Assembly: GCA_045635265.1 (NCBI GenBank)
Contig: JAZRBU010000028.1
Span: 29,019 to 93,018 of the forward strand
From: Akkermansia sp.
GTDB taxonomy: Bacteria; Verrucomicrobiota; Verrucomicrobiia; Verrucomicrobiales; Akkermansiaceae
DNA length: 64,000 nt
Direction of reading: 5' to 3'
Shown here piece by piece: positions 9,808 through 17,861 of this stretch; within the stretch, counting starts at the first letter, position 1, and every line of letters starts with the position of its first letter. The position numbers and the translations under genes are program-made. Under the pieces are notes generated by a model, which saw only the letters and a program-made list of their open reading frames with translations, was not told the origin of the DNA and did no database searches.

Positions 9808-10710
9808 TCACTTTCGCGTAAGATGCTTGATAAAGAAGCGTATCACCTCCTCCGCTGCCGGGCGCACCCGCAGCAGACGCGGATTCCACGCCAGACTCAG
9901 CTTGCGGCTCAGCGAGTCCAGCGCCGGAGATTCCAGCTTCAGCACATCCTCCGGCAGCTCCACTTCCGCTATATCCGGCAGAAATGCCGCATAGCCCCCC
10001 GTCCGCAACAGCCGCAGAGCAAAGGGAAACGACTGCGTGGCATTCATATTACTCATCTTCAGCCCATCTGCCTGCAAGACCTCCTGCAAGCGAGTGTAGA
10101 ACGAGCCGCTGCCAAGAGTCGCAATCGGCAGAGTGGTTACCGCTTTCTCAAAACTGAGTCCTTTCCGCTGCAAATGCGCCGGCACATACAGCGCATACTT
10201 CACCCGCGCCACCGGCACACTCTCCAGCAAATCAGAGGTGATGGCACTTGTGCGCAGAATCCCGAAATCCAGCTCCATATCCAGCAACCGGCCGGACACA
10301 TCCGCATTCCGCAGATTCACAAAAGAAAACTGCCACGGCAGCCCCGCCTGTACCGCCTGCCCCAGCACAGGTGCCACCATCCAGGCGTGAATACTGTCAC
10401 CGCTGCCCAGTATATAGCGGTACATGGTATCAGACGCTCGGCACTTGAAATCATCCAGCGCACAAAACGATGCGTTCACAATCTGCAGCAGCTCCTGTCC
10501 CGCAGGGGTTAGCGTCAGCACACGCCCCTGTCGCCGTGTGAGCGTGATGCCAAAAAACTGCTCCAGCTCCTTGAGCTGGCGGGAATACTGGCTCTGCCGC
10601 GTGGCATCCCCGCGCGCAGCTGCCGCAATGCTCCCCGCCTCCGCCACCTCCTGCAAGGTGCGGAGTCTATCCAGTGATAAACCGTGTTCTGAAAACAATT
10701 GCTCAAACAT
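9808..10710 (-). CDS. LysR-family transcriptional regulator
   Basis: N-terminal HTH (LRTLQEVAEAGSIAAAARGDATRQSQYSRQLKELEQFFG) and about 300 aa with a LysR substrate-binding-type C-terminus. Confidence 0.85.
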   Translation of the reverse strand: MFEQLFSEHGLSLDRLRTLQEVAEAGSIAAAARGDATRQSQYSRQLKELEQFFGITLTRRQGRVLTLTPAGQELLQIVNASFCALDDFKCRASDTMYRYILGSGDSIHAWMVAPVLGQAVQAGLPWQFSFVNLRNADVSGRLLDMELDFGILRTSAITSDLLESVPVARVKYALYVPAHLQRKGLSFEKAVTTLPIATLGSGSFYTRLQEVLQADGLKMSNMNATQSFPFALRLLRTGGYAAFLPDIAEVELPEDVLKLESPALDSLSRKLSLAWNPRLLRVRPAAEEVIRFFIKHLTRK

Positions 10711-10718
10711 CTGCCTTT

Positions 10719-10740
10719 ATAGTACTGTTTTTAGGACTAT
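10719..10740. promoter_or_regulatory. Dyad ATAGT-N12-ACTAT in the LysR/umuD-like divergent region
   Basis: atagtactgtttttaggactat has 5-bp perfect arms. It could be an LTTR box or an SOS-like box (it contains TACTGT). Confidence 0.25.
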
Positions 10741-10805
10741 TCTCAAGTATAAATACCATTCTGATTGAATTTTTCACGCGCCCGCGTTATCATACGCTCA
10801 ACACT

Positions 10806-11225
10806 ATGAGCCAATCCTCTGAACACGGGTCCCCGGGCATCCCCTTTTTCAACGAAACCGTCGCTGCCGGTTTCCCCAGCCCGGCCATGGGCGAACTCAA
10901 CGGCACGCTCGACCTCAACGACCTCTGCATCCGCCATCCGGCCGCTACCTACTTCATCCGTGCGCGGGGTGAAAGCATGATAGGTGCCGGCATCGGCGAC
11001 GGCGATATACTGGTTGTTGACCGCAGCCTCACCGCCCGTCACAGAGATATCATCATTGCCGCCGTCAGCGGTGAATTCACCGTTAAACGGCTTGATATGC
11101 GCCCGGACTCCCCCATCCGCCTCCTCCCGGAAAACCCAGCCTACGCACCCATCACCATCACGCCTGAGCTCAATGCCGAATTCTTCGGCGTTGTCACCCA
11201 TTGCCTCAAAAACCTGAGGAATTAG
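10806..11225 (+). CDS. UmuD-like S24 peptidase (LexA C-terminal-type, no HTH domain)
   Basis: Trimmed to the ATG at 10806. Ala-Gly cleavage-site context ETVAAGFPSPA, Ser in RGESMIGAGI and Lys in FTVKRL (Ser-Lys dyad). Confidence 0.8.
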   Translation: MSQSSEHGSPGIPFFNETVAAGFPSPAMGELNGTLDLNDLCIRHPAATYFIRARGESMIGAGIGDGDILVVDRSLTARHRDIIIAAVSGEFTVKRLDMRPDSPIRLLPENPAYAPITITPELNAEFFGVVTHCLKNLRN

Positions 11226-12064
11226 TTCTTACGGGATTTTACCCAGCAGATTCCCTTACGGACAAGGCTGCTGATACAGAAGTAACAGATAAGGGAGAGA
11301 ATGAGTATAACAGCCAGTGATTGACCTCCCTCATTCGAGTCTTTGAACAGCTCCGGGTCTGCGGCCAGATTGAGCCGCGCCATCAGCTCCCTTGCCGCGA
11401 AAAACAGGATGACAAGCGCCGGAAGCAGGCTCCACAAGGTCGGGCGCTCCGGCGGGGCGGTTTCGGGCTCCGGCAGCTTGGGCGGAGCATCCGGCAAATG
11501 GGTATGAATGGCGTACTCCAGTTCGCGCACATTCTGCACAAAGAGAAAGCCCAGCGGGATGCAGTGAGCGCCATGTGCCCATAACTGCTCCATGACAATA
11601 TCACCGCAGCCTCGGCCGTATTCCCGCACTTCCTTGATTAAATCATGTGCCAGCGGGTAGCTTCGGGCGACAGGGCGGCGGCGGAAGGTGGAGGGACGCA
11701 ACACCAGAGCGCGTTTGTCGGTGAGCACATATACTGTGCGGCGATCCAGCTCCCGCTCCCACCACGGGCTGATGAGAAATCCCACCCCCACCAGGACAAA
11801 GGGCAACAGGAGAAGCAAACACACAAGAAGCGGCAGCCGGACTGCCGCATTATTCCAATGAGAGACTATACCCAGAAAAGCAAGCGAGAGCGTCCCATTC
11901 CATAATAAGGCAAAGAACATACGGTAAGCATAGCCCGGTTTCCAGAGCGAGGTCATGGGCTTCTGCACCAGAAGCAGCTGCTCATCCGCTCCCAGAACCC
12001 GTTCAACCCACTCCCTGTCCTGCACAGGTAATTCCTTATCGCTGAGTTTCATTGGTACTGTCAT
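11222..12064 (-). CDS. Membrane protein, paralogue family member 1 (2 TM + R-R-x-V-Y-x-L-T-D-K-R-A-L-V motif)
   Basis: Trimmed to MTVPMKLS (start 5 nt after the upstream stop at 12069). Shares its architecture with 26418..27548 and 61405..61983. Confidence 0.6.
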   Translation of the reverse strand: MTVPMKLSDKELPVQDREWVERVLGADEQLLLVQKPMTSLWKPGYAYRMFFALLWNGTLSLAFLGIVSHWNNAAVRLPLLVCLLLLLPFVLVGVGFLISPWWERELDRRTVYVLTDKRALVLRPSTFRRRPVARSYPLAHDLIKEVREYGRGCGDIVMEQLWAHGAHCIPLGFLFVQNVRELEYAIHTHLPDAPPKLPEPETAPPERPTLWSLLPALVILFFAARELMARLNLAADPELFKDSNEGGQSLAVILILSLICYFCISSLVRKGICWVKSRKN

Positions 12065-12068
12065 TCTG

Positions 12069-14087
12069 TCATTTTTCCGTATTTGTCCCCTCCTCGGTCG
12101 CAGAAGTTGTGTAGGCCTGGTCTTTATGGGTTGTTTCAGCATGCAACCTGGTCAGCCGTCCGTGTCTAATCAATGGAGCAAGGCAATTATGTCTTAACGT
12201 ATATGCGGCTCTATCCAGCAAAACGCTCATTTGCGTCAAGCTCACATAACGCCCCTTACACAATGACAAAATCATGGAATCCGTCTCCTCCGGATGATGC
12301 CGGGGCTTTTTCCTGAAAACCGCCAAAGCCTGACATAATGCATCCGGCAGGCAAAGCTCTCGTGCCATTTTTTCAGCCCGAGTAACCACAGAGTCGGCAT
12401 CATTAACCACAGAGCACTTTTCCGCATTAACCACAGAGATAGGGGAGTTAACCACAGAGCTTTTTTCGGTATTAACCACAGAGTCGAGGTTCCTTTTCTG
12501 CCTCTCAACAGGAGGGAACTCCTCACCCACAGTTTTTACCAATTTTGCCAGTCTATCCACTAATCCGTATCTGGTTGCAATACTTCTACCTTTGCTTTGC
12601 AGATAGCCCTCTTCCCGGAGATGCGACAACATTCTACCTAAATCAAACGAGTGCAGACGGGGAACGAACAGGCGTAGTTCCTGATTACTGACATATCGGT
12701 CATACGGTATCATCATCAACAGTATTTTTTCAGAAGATGACAAGCGTGCGTATTTTTTGTATCCAAGAAAGTCCTGCTGTATCAGCATCACATTCTTATC
12801 CAGCATGGCCAGATACGGTAATTGCCACACGACCTTAAGAGCTTTTCTATCTTCCTGCAACTTGGGTACGCACAAAAAATTCTCAGACCACCCATTCATC
12901 AACACATCTACACCGGAACCTGCATCCTCCACGATTCCTATCAACTTGAACATGGTTTGAATATTCTTGTTGCGGCACAAACTCTTGCCACCGGCATATA
13001 CCTCCTCCTCACTCATCAACAGGGTTCCTGCATTCTCCAACAATAATCCATCCGGTTGCTTTGTTATTTTAACGCCTCCGGCTTCCCTGTAATCTGCATG
13101 AATAATGGCGTTTGCCAATGCTTCACGCACGGCCTCATACGCCGTGGAATCATCCTTACGGGTGAGATTAACACCTAATTGAAAAGGACGTTTCAGATCT
13201 GATGTTAAACGCGGCAGAACCTTAAAGAAGAACTGATACAAGTTCGGCTCCCACGTACCGTCAGCAGTAATACGGTCAATCCAGCGTTTGCCGGGAACAA
13301 TCTTTTCACTCCCGTCCAGCTCAAAGTAATCCAGCCGAAAAATCGGATGCAACTCGCGTATCGTTTCCGCTCTGCCAAACATGAGCAATCCGGCCAGAGT
13401 CACCCCCTTCTTCCCGGTTTTTCTATCTCTTCGATAAGCCCCCAGTTTCGTTAACAGCGTCTCATCATCCAGAGCAGCCCACGGATGTTGTTTTCTATTT
13501 GCCGTCAACGAATCACGATAATCTTTCAACGTTTGCGCATCTAAATCATCGAGACTGCTTTCGGGAACGATTTCCGCATCGGCAGAATACTGTTGGGTAA
13601 CAACATCCTTATCCCGCAACATGCGACTTACCTCATCGGCCTTACACAAACGGTCTCCTTCCCCGACTCGCACATAACAATTCATCGGCTTACCATCCAG
13701 ATAAACAGGCTTCTGTGCCACAGATGCAGGTTGCACACGTATCGCCAACACTTCCTTATCATCCAACGCAACAATGGCAATATCATCAGCCCCACTCAGA
13801 ACTTCACTGCACTTTGTACCACTACTCAGGACATTGGAAAAATGATCCCGATATAAAGCAGCCTTCTCTATTCCCTCAGGATTTCCCTCATTATCAACCC
13901 CCACTACAATAATACCACCATCCGTATTGGCAAAGGCACTATATGACTCCCAGAAAGATTTAGGAAACCCAACCCTCCCGCTCTTAAACTCGAGAGTCCA
14001 CACCGTCTCGGTCCATTTGTTACGATTAGCGTACAACCCGCATACAACATCGGCAACCGTTTGATTCTGCCCCTTTCGCATAATCAT
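12069..14087 (-). CDS. AlbA_2 (Schlafen-like 'divergent AAA') + HATPase_c_4-type putative ATP-dependent DNA-binding protein
   Basis: N-terminal FKSG...FANTDGGIIVVGVDNEG (AlbA_2-like). Central EAVREALANAIIHADYREAGGVKI (HATPase_c_4-like). C-terminal wHTH-like segment. Visibly AT-richer than its neighbours. Confidence 0.7.
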   Translation of the reverse strand: MIMRKGQNQTVADVVCGLYANRNKWTETVWTLEFKSGRVGFPKSFWESYSAFANTDGGIIVVGVDNEGNPEGIEKAALYRDHFSNVLSSGTKCSEVLSGADDIAIVALDDKEVLAIRVQPASVAQKPVYLDGKPMNCYVRVGEGDRLCKADEVSRMLRDKDVVTQQYSADAEIVPESSLDDLDAQTLKDYRDSLTANRKQHPWAALDDETLLTKLGAYRRDRKTGKKGVTLAGLLMFGRAETIRELHPIFRLDYFELDGSEKIVPGKRWIDRITADGTWEPNLYQFFFKVLPRLTSDLKRPFQLGVNLTRKDDSTAYEAVREALANAIIHADYREAGGVKITKQPDGLLLENAGTLLMSEEEVYAGGKSLCRNKNIQTMFKLIGIVEDAGSGVDVLMNGWSENFLCVPKLQEDRKALKVVWQLPYLAMLDKNVMLIQQDFLGYKKYARLSSSEKILLMMIPYDRYVSNQELRLFVPRLHSFDLGRMLSHLREEGYLQSKGRSIATRYGLVDRLAKLVKTVGEEFPPVERQKRNLDSVVNTEKSSVVNSPISVVNAEKCSVVNDADSVVTRAEKMARELCLPDALCQALAVFRKKPRHHPEETDSMILSLCKGRYVSLTQMSVLLDRAAYTLRHNCLAPLIRHGRLTRLHAETTHKDQAYTTSATEEGTNTEK
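12383..12483 (-). repeat. Five phased copies of TAACCACAGAG (period 21/24 nt) inside the AlbA_2-like CDS
   Basis: Exact 11-mers at 12383, 12404, 12428, 12449 and 12473. Four extend to TTAACCACAGAG. They encode SVVN/SVVT peptide repeats, and the spacers are unrelated in sequence. Confidence 0.9.
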
Positions 14088-14140
14088 ATTCTATCATGTA
14101 ATGAGCCGGAATCAATAGCAAATTTCGTTTCCATTTCGCG

Positions 14141-14881
14141 TCAGAACACCTTGGGATTTTTCGTGATGTTGCGGAAACGGCGCAGGAACGTGGGGGGGAG
14201 TGTGTGCCAGGGCTGGGAGAGAATAATGGCCGTATATGAGTCTTGAGCACCGGAGGTGATGATTTCCAGGCGGCCCGGACGGTAGCGCAGGCGGATGAGG
14301 CCGTCCTCATCACGATAGGTAAGGCGGATGTGTCCAGAGGCTGCGGCGCGGCCGCCGGCATCTCGGCAGATGCGGCGCAGGTGTTCCTCTGCGTCTGCCA
14401 GGGTAGTACCGGGACGGGCAAGTGCTACGGCAAGCTCATACTGCCTGCTGATGAGATTGCCCATGGCGACCGGGCGCGGAGGGTTGGCATGCACACGGCC
14501 GATGACGGCAGGAACGGGGCGGGCGGTCAGGGTAACATTGACGGTAAACTGTTCCCCCCCTCGGCGCAGGCGCAGCTGCAGAACATCACCTGCTCCGCTG
14601 TGCCGCATGCACAGGAAGAGCCCCTCACGACTGTGCACTTTCTGTCCGTTGACGCTCAGCAACACGTCCCCACTGCGAATATCTGCGCGGGCGGCGGGGC
14701 TCTCCGGAGCTACTGCAGAGACTCGCAGGCAATGGGTCTGCGTATCTGCGGCTGTACGGATGCCCAGGAAAACATCGCTCGTAATCATTCTCTGCGTCGC
14801 GGGCACAGTAAGGCTGTTGCCTGCGCCGCCGGGAAGCGCCGCGAGAAGGAACATGCTCAGAATGATTAAGAGACGATTCAT
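14141..14881 (-). CDS. Secreted PDZ-domain protein
   Basis: Signal peptide MNRLLIILSMFLLAALPGGAG. PDZ-like segment VAPESPAARADIRSGDVLLSVNGQKV. Confidence 0.65.
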   Translation of the reverse strand: MNRLLIILSMFLLAALPGGAGNSLTVPATQRMITSDVFLGIRTAADTQTHCLRVSAVAPESPAARADIRSGDVLLSVNGQKVHSREGLFLCMRHSGAGDVLQLRLRRGGEQFTVNVTLTARPVPAVIGRVHANPPRPVAMGNLISRQYELAVALARPGTTLADAEEHLRRICRDAGGRAAASGHIRLTYRDEDGLIRLRYRPGRLEIITSGAQDSYTAIILSQPWHTLPPTFLRRFRNITKNPKVF

Positions 14882-14895
14882 GGTATCAACTCAGA

Positions 14896-15318
14896 TTAAA
14901 GGAAGCAGTCGTTGATGGTAAAGGGTAACTCTTCCTCGGTTTCGATGTGGAACTCTATACCGTGGCGGGTGACGGCTTCGCGTTCCGGCGCGGGCGGAAA
15001 ATATTTATCCCAGTCAGCAGCGGCAATGGTCTGCACCTCTGCGGGGGGGAGCGCTTTCACTGCAGGAGCGGCGGTAAGTTTCTGCTCCGGCTGCTCCAGC
15101 AGAGAGAGGCAGCACAAAACAAGCGTGATGGCAGCGGCACAGGCCAGCATACACCTATAGGCATAGCCTCGTTCCGTAAGCCTTCGGAAGCGAGATTCCA
15201 GGCAGGTTTCCAGGCGCGCGGTCATGGCAGCATCCATCTTCACGGAGTGCAGCTCGTGAGCGGCCAGCTCACGGAGCATTTGCTCCATGTCATGAATCTG
15301 TTGTGACGAATTATTCAT
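14896..15318 (-). CDS. Putative anti-sigma factor (single TM)
   Basis: Immediately downstream of the ECF sigma gene (9-nt gap). Central TM segment CMLACAAAITLVLCCLSLL. Confidence 0.5.
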   Translation of the reverse strand: MNNSSQQIHDMEQMLRELAAHELHSVKMDAAMTARLETCLESRFRRLTERGYAYRCMLACAAAITLVLCCLSLLEQPEQKLTAAPAVKALPPAEVQTIAAADWDKYFPPAPEREAVTRHGIEFHIETEEELPFTINDCFL

Positions 15319-15326
15319 GGCGGTGT

Positions 15327-15863
15327 TTATGAGTTTTCGTTCATCATCTGTTTCATTTTACGGAGTGCCGCATCATAGCGGGCTCGAACGGTGGATTCTC
15401 CGACACCGAGCATGCGCCCGATTTCGGCAAAGCTGAGGTCCTCCCAGAGATGCAGGGTGACCACCTCCGCCTGCTTTTCCGGCAGGCGGGAAAGAAGCGC
15501 ACTAAGGCGGCGGTGGGTATCTTCCGCAGGAAGCGGATCCGGTGCAGATTCCGCCGACCGGTGGCTGCTGTAACGGGCTTCCGCCCGGCGGCGGCGACTG
15601 TCTGCCATGTTCATTTTCATGGCTTCATTCGCAAGTGCCCGCAGCGTGTATGGCAAAAGTGATTTCTCCTCTGCGGAAACGCGTCCTTGGTAGACAGCCT
15701 CCGCAACCCGCTCCAGCGTGCGGGACAGCAGCAGCTCTACATCCGCAGAACTGTCCGCCCGGCGGCGGGCATAAAGGTAGAGACGGTGGCGTGCGGCAAG
15801 AAACCAGCTGCGGCACTGCTGCCGCGCGGCTTCATCACCTTTTTTGTGCCACCATTTAAACAT
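15327..15863 (-). CDS. ECF-type RNA polymerase sigma-70 factor
   Basis: Region 4 HTH: LSFAEIGRMLGVGESTVRARYDAALRKM. About 178 aa, a typical ECF size. Confidence 0.85.
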   Translation of the reverse strand: MFKWWHKKGDEAARQQCRSWFLAARHRLYLYARRRADSSADVELLLSRTLERVAEAVYQGRVSAEEKSLLPYTLRALANEAMKMNMADSRRRRAEARYSSHRSAESAPDPLPAEDTHRRLSALLSRLPEKQAEVVTLHLWEDLSFAEIGRMLGVGESTVRARYDAALRKMKQMMNENS

Positions 15864-15997
15864 GGGTCAGTTGCATCTTGCAGACGGGGAATCCGCGCTG
15901 CCTCCCTGCCCGCACCCATGCGGGAGCAGGCAGGTGAATTGAGGCAGGCAACGGAGTGTCGTCTTCATGGGTATGGCGTGTGACTCAGGGTAGAATG

Positions 15998-16969
15998 TTA
16001 AAGCATGTCCTGTACCACATCCGGCAGCGTTTGTACCGGAGCGTTGGCATTATCTTTCCATATCTTGATTTTCAGCATCGGCTCCGGCAGTTTCTCCGGC
16101 TCTTTCGCGGCGGCAGGCTTCTTCTTCGGGGAGCTCCAGGGCCGGCTCTCGTAGAAGGCCTGCTGAGGGCCGGAGAGGCGGCTCATAAGCTCCTCTCGGC
16201 GTTTCTTCTCATCTACCCGCCGCTGCTGCTTCTCTGCGGCAAGCTCTGCCACAGCTTCTGCCGGCACCCAGAAGGTCCAGCTGCGGCCGGACGGGATGTG
16301 CTCCTGCATGCGCCGGATGGGCTCCGGCAGCTCCGCAAAGGTCATCTTGCGCGTGGTACGGGTATAGAATGCAACGCCGGTTTCCCGAGTACCGCGGTTG
16401 ATATCGCTCAGCGCATCATCTCCCGGCTCCACCTGCATCTGCACGCCGTTGGGCAGCACCGTTACCCCCGGGCGGCGTCCGTTTGCCGCCAGAATCTCTT
16501 TTTCTTTCTCTGCCTCACGCAGGCGTAGAACGGGACGGTAGGCTGCCGCCATGCGGTCATAAAGCTTCGTGTACGTTTCCCACTGCCGTTCCTTTTCCTC
16601 ATCCGTGGCCGGCGCGGGCTGCGCAGCCAGCTCCGCCACACGGGCAAGGGCGGTTTCCGCATCAAAATCCCTCGGTTCAAAGCGTTTGAGAACATCATTG
16701 GCAATATCCGCAGCCATGGGACAGCGGGTAGCATAGATATCCCCCACCGGCTGCCCGGAGCGAAGCCCGGCTGCCAGCGTTTCTACAAAAACATCCTGGT
16801 GGAATGCGTCTGCCAGTCCGCTGCGGAGACGCTGCAGACGTGCCGCAGCATCCGCCGCCACCACCTCCGTGATGTCGCGCCGCAGCTCGGGTGTAACCTC
16901 CTGTGCCGTGAGGGCACTTACGCCCCCCGACAGCAGGAGTACCATGCTCAGATATATTCGTATGGCCAT
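15998..16969 (-). CDS. Hypothetical secreted protein (Mip/FkpA-like layout but no FKBP signature)
   Basis: Signal peptide, then a helical N-terminal part, then GVTVLPNGVQMQVEPG resembling the FkpA linker. The canonical FKBP motifs are absent. Confidence 0.4.
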   Translation of the reverse strand: MAIRIYLSMVLLLSGGVSALTAQEVTPELRRDITEVVAADAAARLQRLRSGLADAFHQDVFVETLAAGLRSGQPVGDIYATRCPMAADIANDVLKRFEPRDFDAETALARVAELAAQPAPATDEEKERQWETYTKLYDRMAAAYRPVLRLREAEKEKEILAANGRRPGVTVLPNGVQMQVEPGDDALSDINRGTRETGVAFYTRTTRKMTFAELPEPIRRMQEHIPSGRSWTFWVPAEAVAELAAEKQQRRVDEKKRREELMSRLSGPQQAFYESRPWSSPKKKPAAAKEPEKLPEPMLKIKIWKDNANAPVQTLPDVVQDML

Positions 16970-17049
16970 AGAACGAGTACTATCTACCTATAATAATCCA
17001 TTTGCCCCCCAAATCCGCAACTTTTTTCTGCATTTTTCTCAAAAATTCG

Positions 17050-17081
17050 CAAAAAAAACCGCCGCAGAAACCTGCGGCGGT
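17050..17081 (-). terminator. Intrinsic terminator after infC
   Basis: accgccgcag (17058-17067) pairs with ctgcggcggt (17072-17081), with a T8 run on the minus strand (17051-17057). Confidence 0.75.
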
Positions 17082-17113
17082 CGAAAAAAGCAAAAAATTG
17101 CAGAAAAGGCTCT

Positions 17114-17767
17114 TTATTCGTCGCCCTCGGCATCAAATTCCTCGGAATCGGCATCGAAGTCCTCTTCCTCGTACTTCTTGAACTTGCGCACACGCTGGGC
17201 AGCGGGCAGCGGGGCCAGCACCATGGTGACGGTATTGCCGGCAAGCTTGGCGGGCTGGTCCACCTGGCCCATGGTCTTCATATCCTCCACCACCTTGGCC
17301 ATCACATCCAGACCGAGCTCGCGGTGGGCGTTCTCGCGGTTGCGGAAGCGAAGCTGGAAGCGGACCTTGTGACCGTGGTCAAGGAACTGCTCCGTGCGAC
17401 TCATCTTGACGTTGTAGTCGTTGACATCCGTACCGACGCGGAGCTTGACCTCCTTCATCTTGACGGCTTTTGTCTTGTTGTTCTTCTGCAGTTTGGCCTG
17501 CATGTACTTGTACTTGCCGTAGTCAATGAGACGGCAGACAGGCGGGTCTGCATTGGGAGCAACCTCTACGAGGTCGAGACCAATTTCCTTGGCCTTGGCG
17601 AGAGCATCGCGGGTGGCCATGACGCCGAGCTGGTCACCCTTGGCGGTGACTACTCGTACTCTGGGAGCGCGGATACGGTCATTGACACGAATCTGCGGAG
17701 TTTTGCCGGCCTGATCGCGACGATTGTTGCGGTTGGCGGGCTTGGTTGGTTTCTGTGGTGCGGGCAC
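17114..17767 (-). CDS. infC: Translation initiation factor IF-3
   Basis: IRVNDRIRAPRVRVV...LDLVEVAPNADPPVCRLIDYGKYKY. Carries basic N-terminal and acidic C-terminal extensions. Confidence 0.92.
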   Translation of the reverse strand: MPAPQKPTKPANRNNRRDQAGKTPQIRVNDRIRAPRVRVVTAKGDQLGVMATRDALAKAKEIGLDLVEVAPNADPPVCRLIDYGKYKYMQAKLQKNNKTKAVKMKEVKLRVGTDVNDYNVKMSRTEQFLDHGHKVRFQLRFRNRENAHRELGLDVMAKVVEDMKTMGQVDQPAKLAGNTVTMVLAPLPAAQRVRKFKKYEEEDFDADSEEFDAEGDE

Positions 17768-17861
17768 GTGTGTGTGTTCTGGTGTTTGACTGCCCCGGCG
17801 GGATCAGATGCGCCGACTTGCGAATCCGGCGCCGGGGCGGAAGAGAGTTACGATGGTAGAT

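Noticed and set aside
12345-12366. Second TGGCACG sigma-54-like match (minus strand, aaatggcacgagagctttgc)
   Set aside because: The GG-to-GC spacing is 12 nt rather than 10, and the match lies inside the AlbA_2-like coding sequence. It is probably a chance occurrence.
12383-12483. Possible CRISPR array or minisatellite
   Set aside because: The repeats are only 11-12 nt with 9-13-nt spacers. All periods are multiples of three, and the repeats lie in frame inside a long ORF. This is not CRISPR-like; it is reported instead as an intragenic phased repeat.
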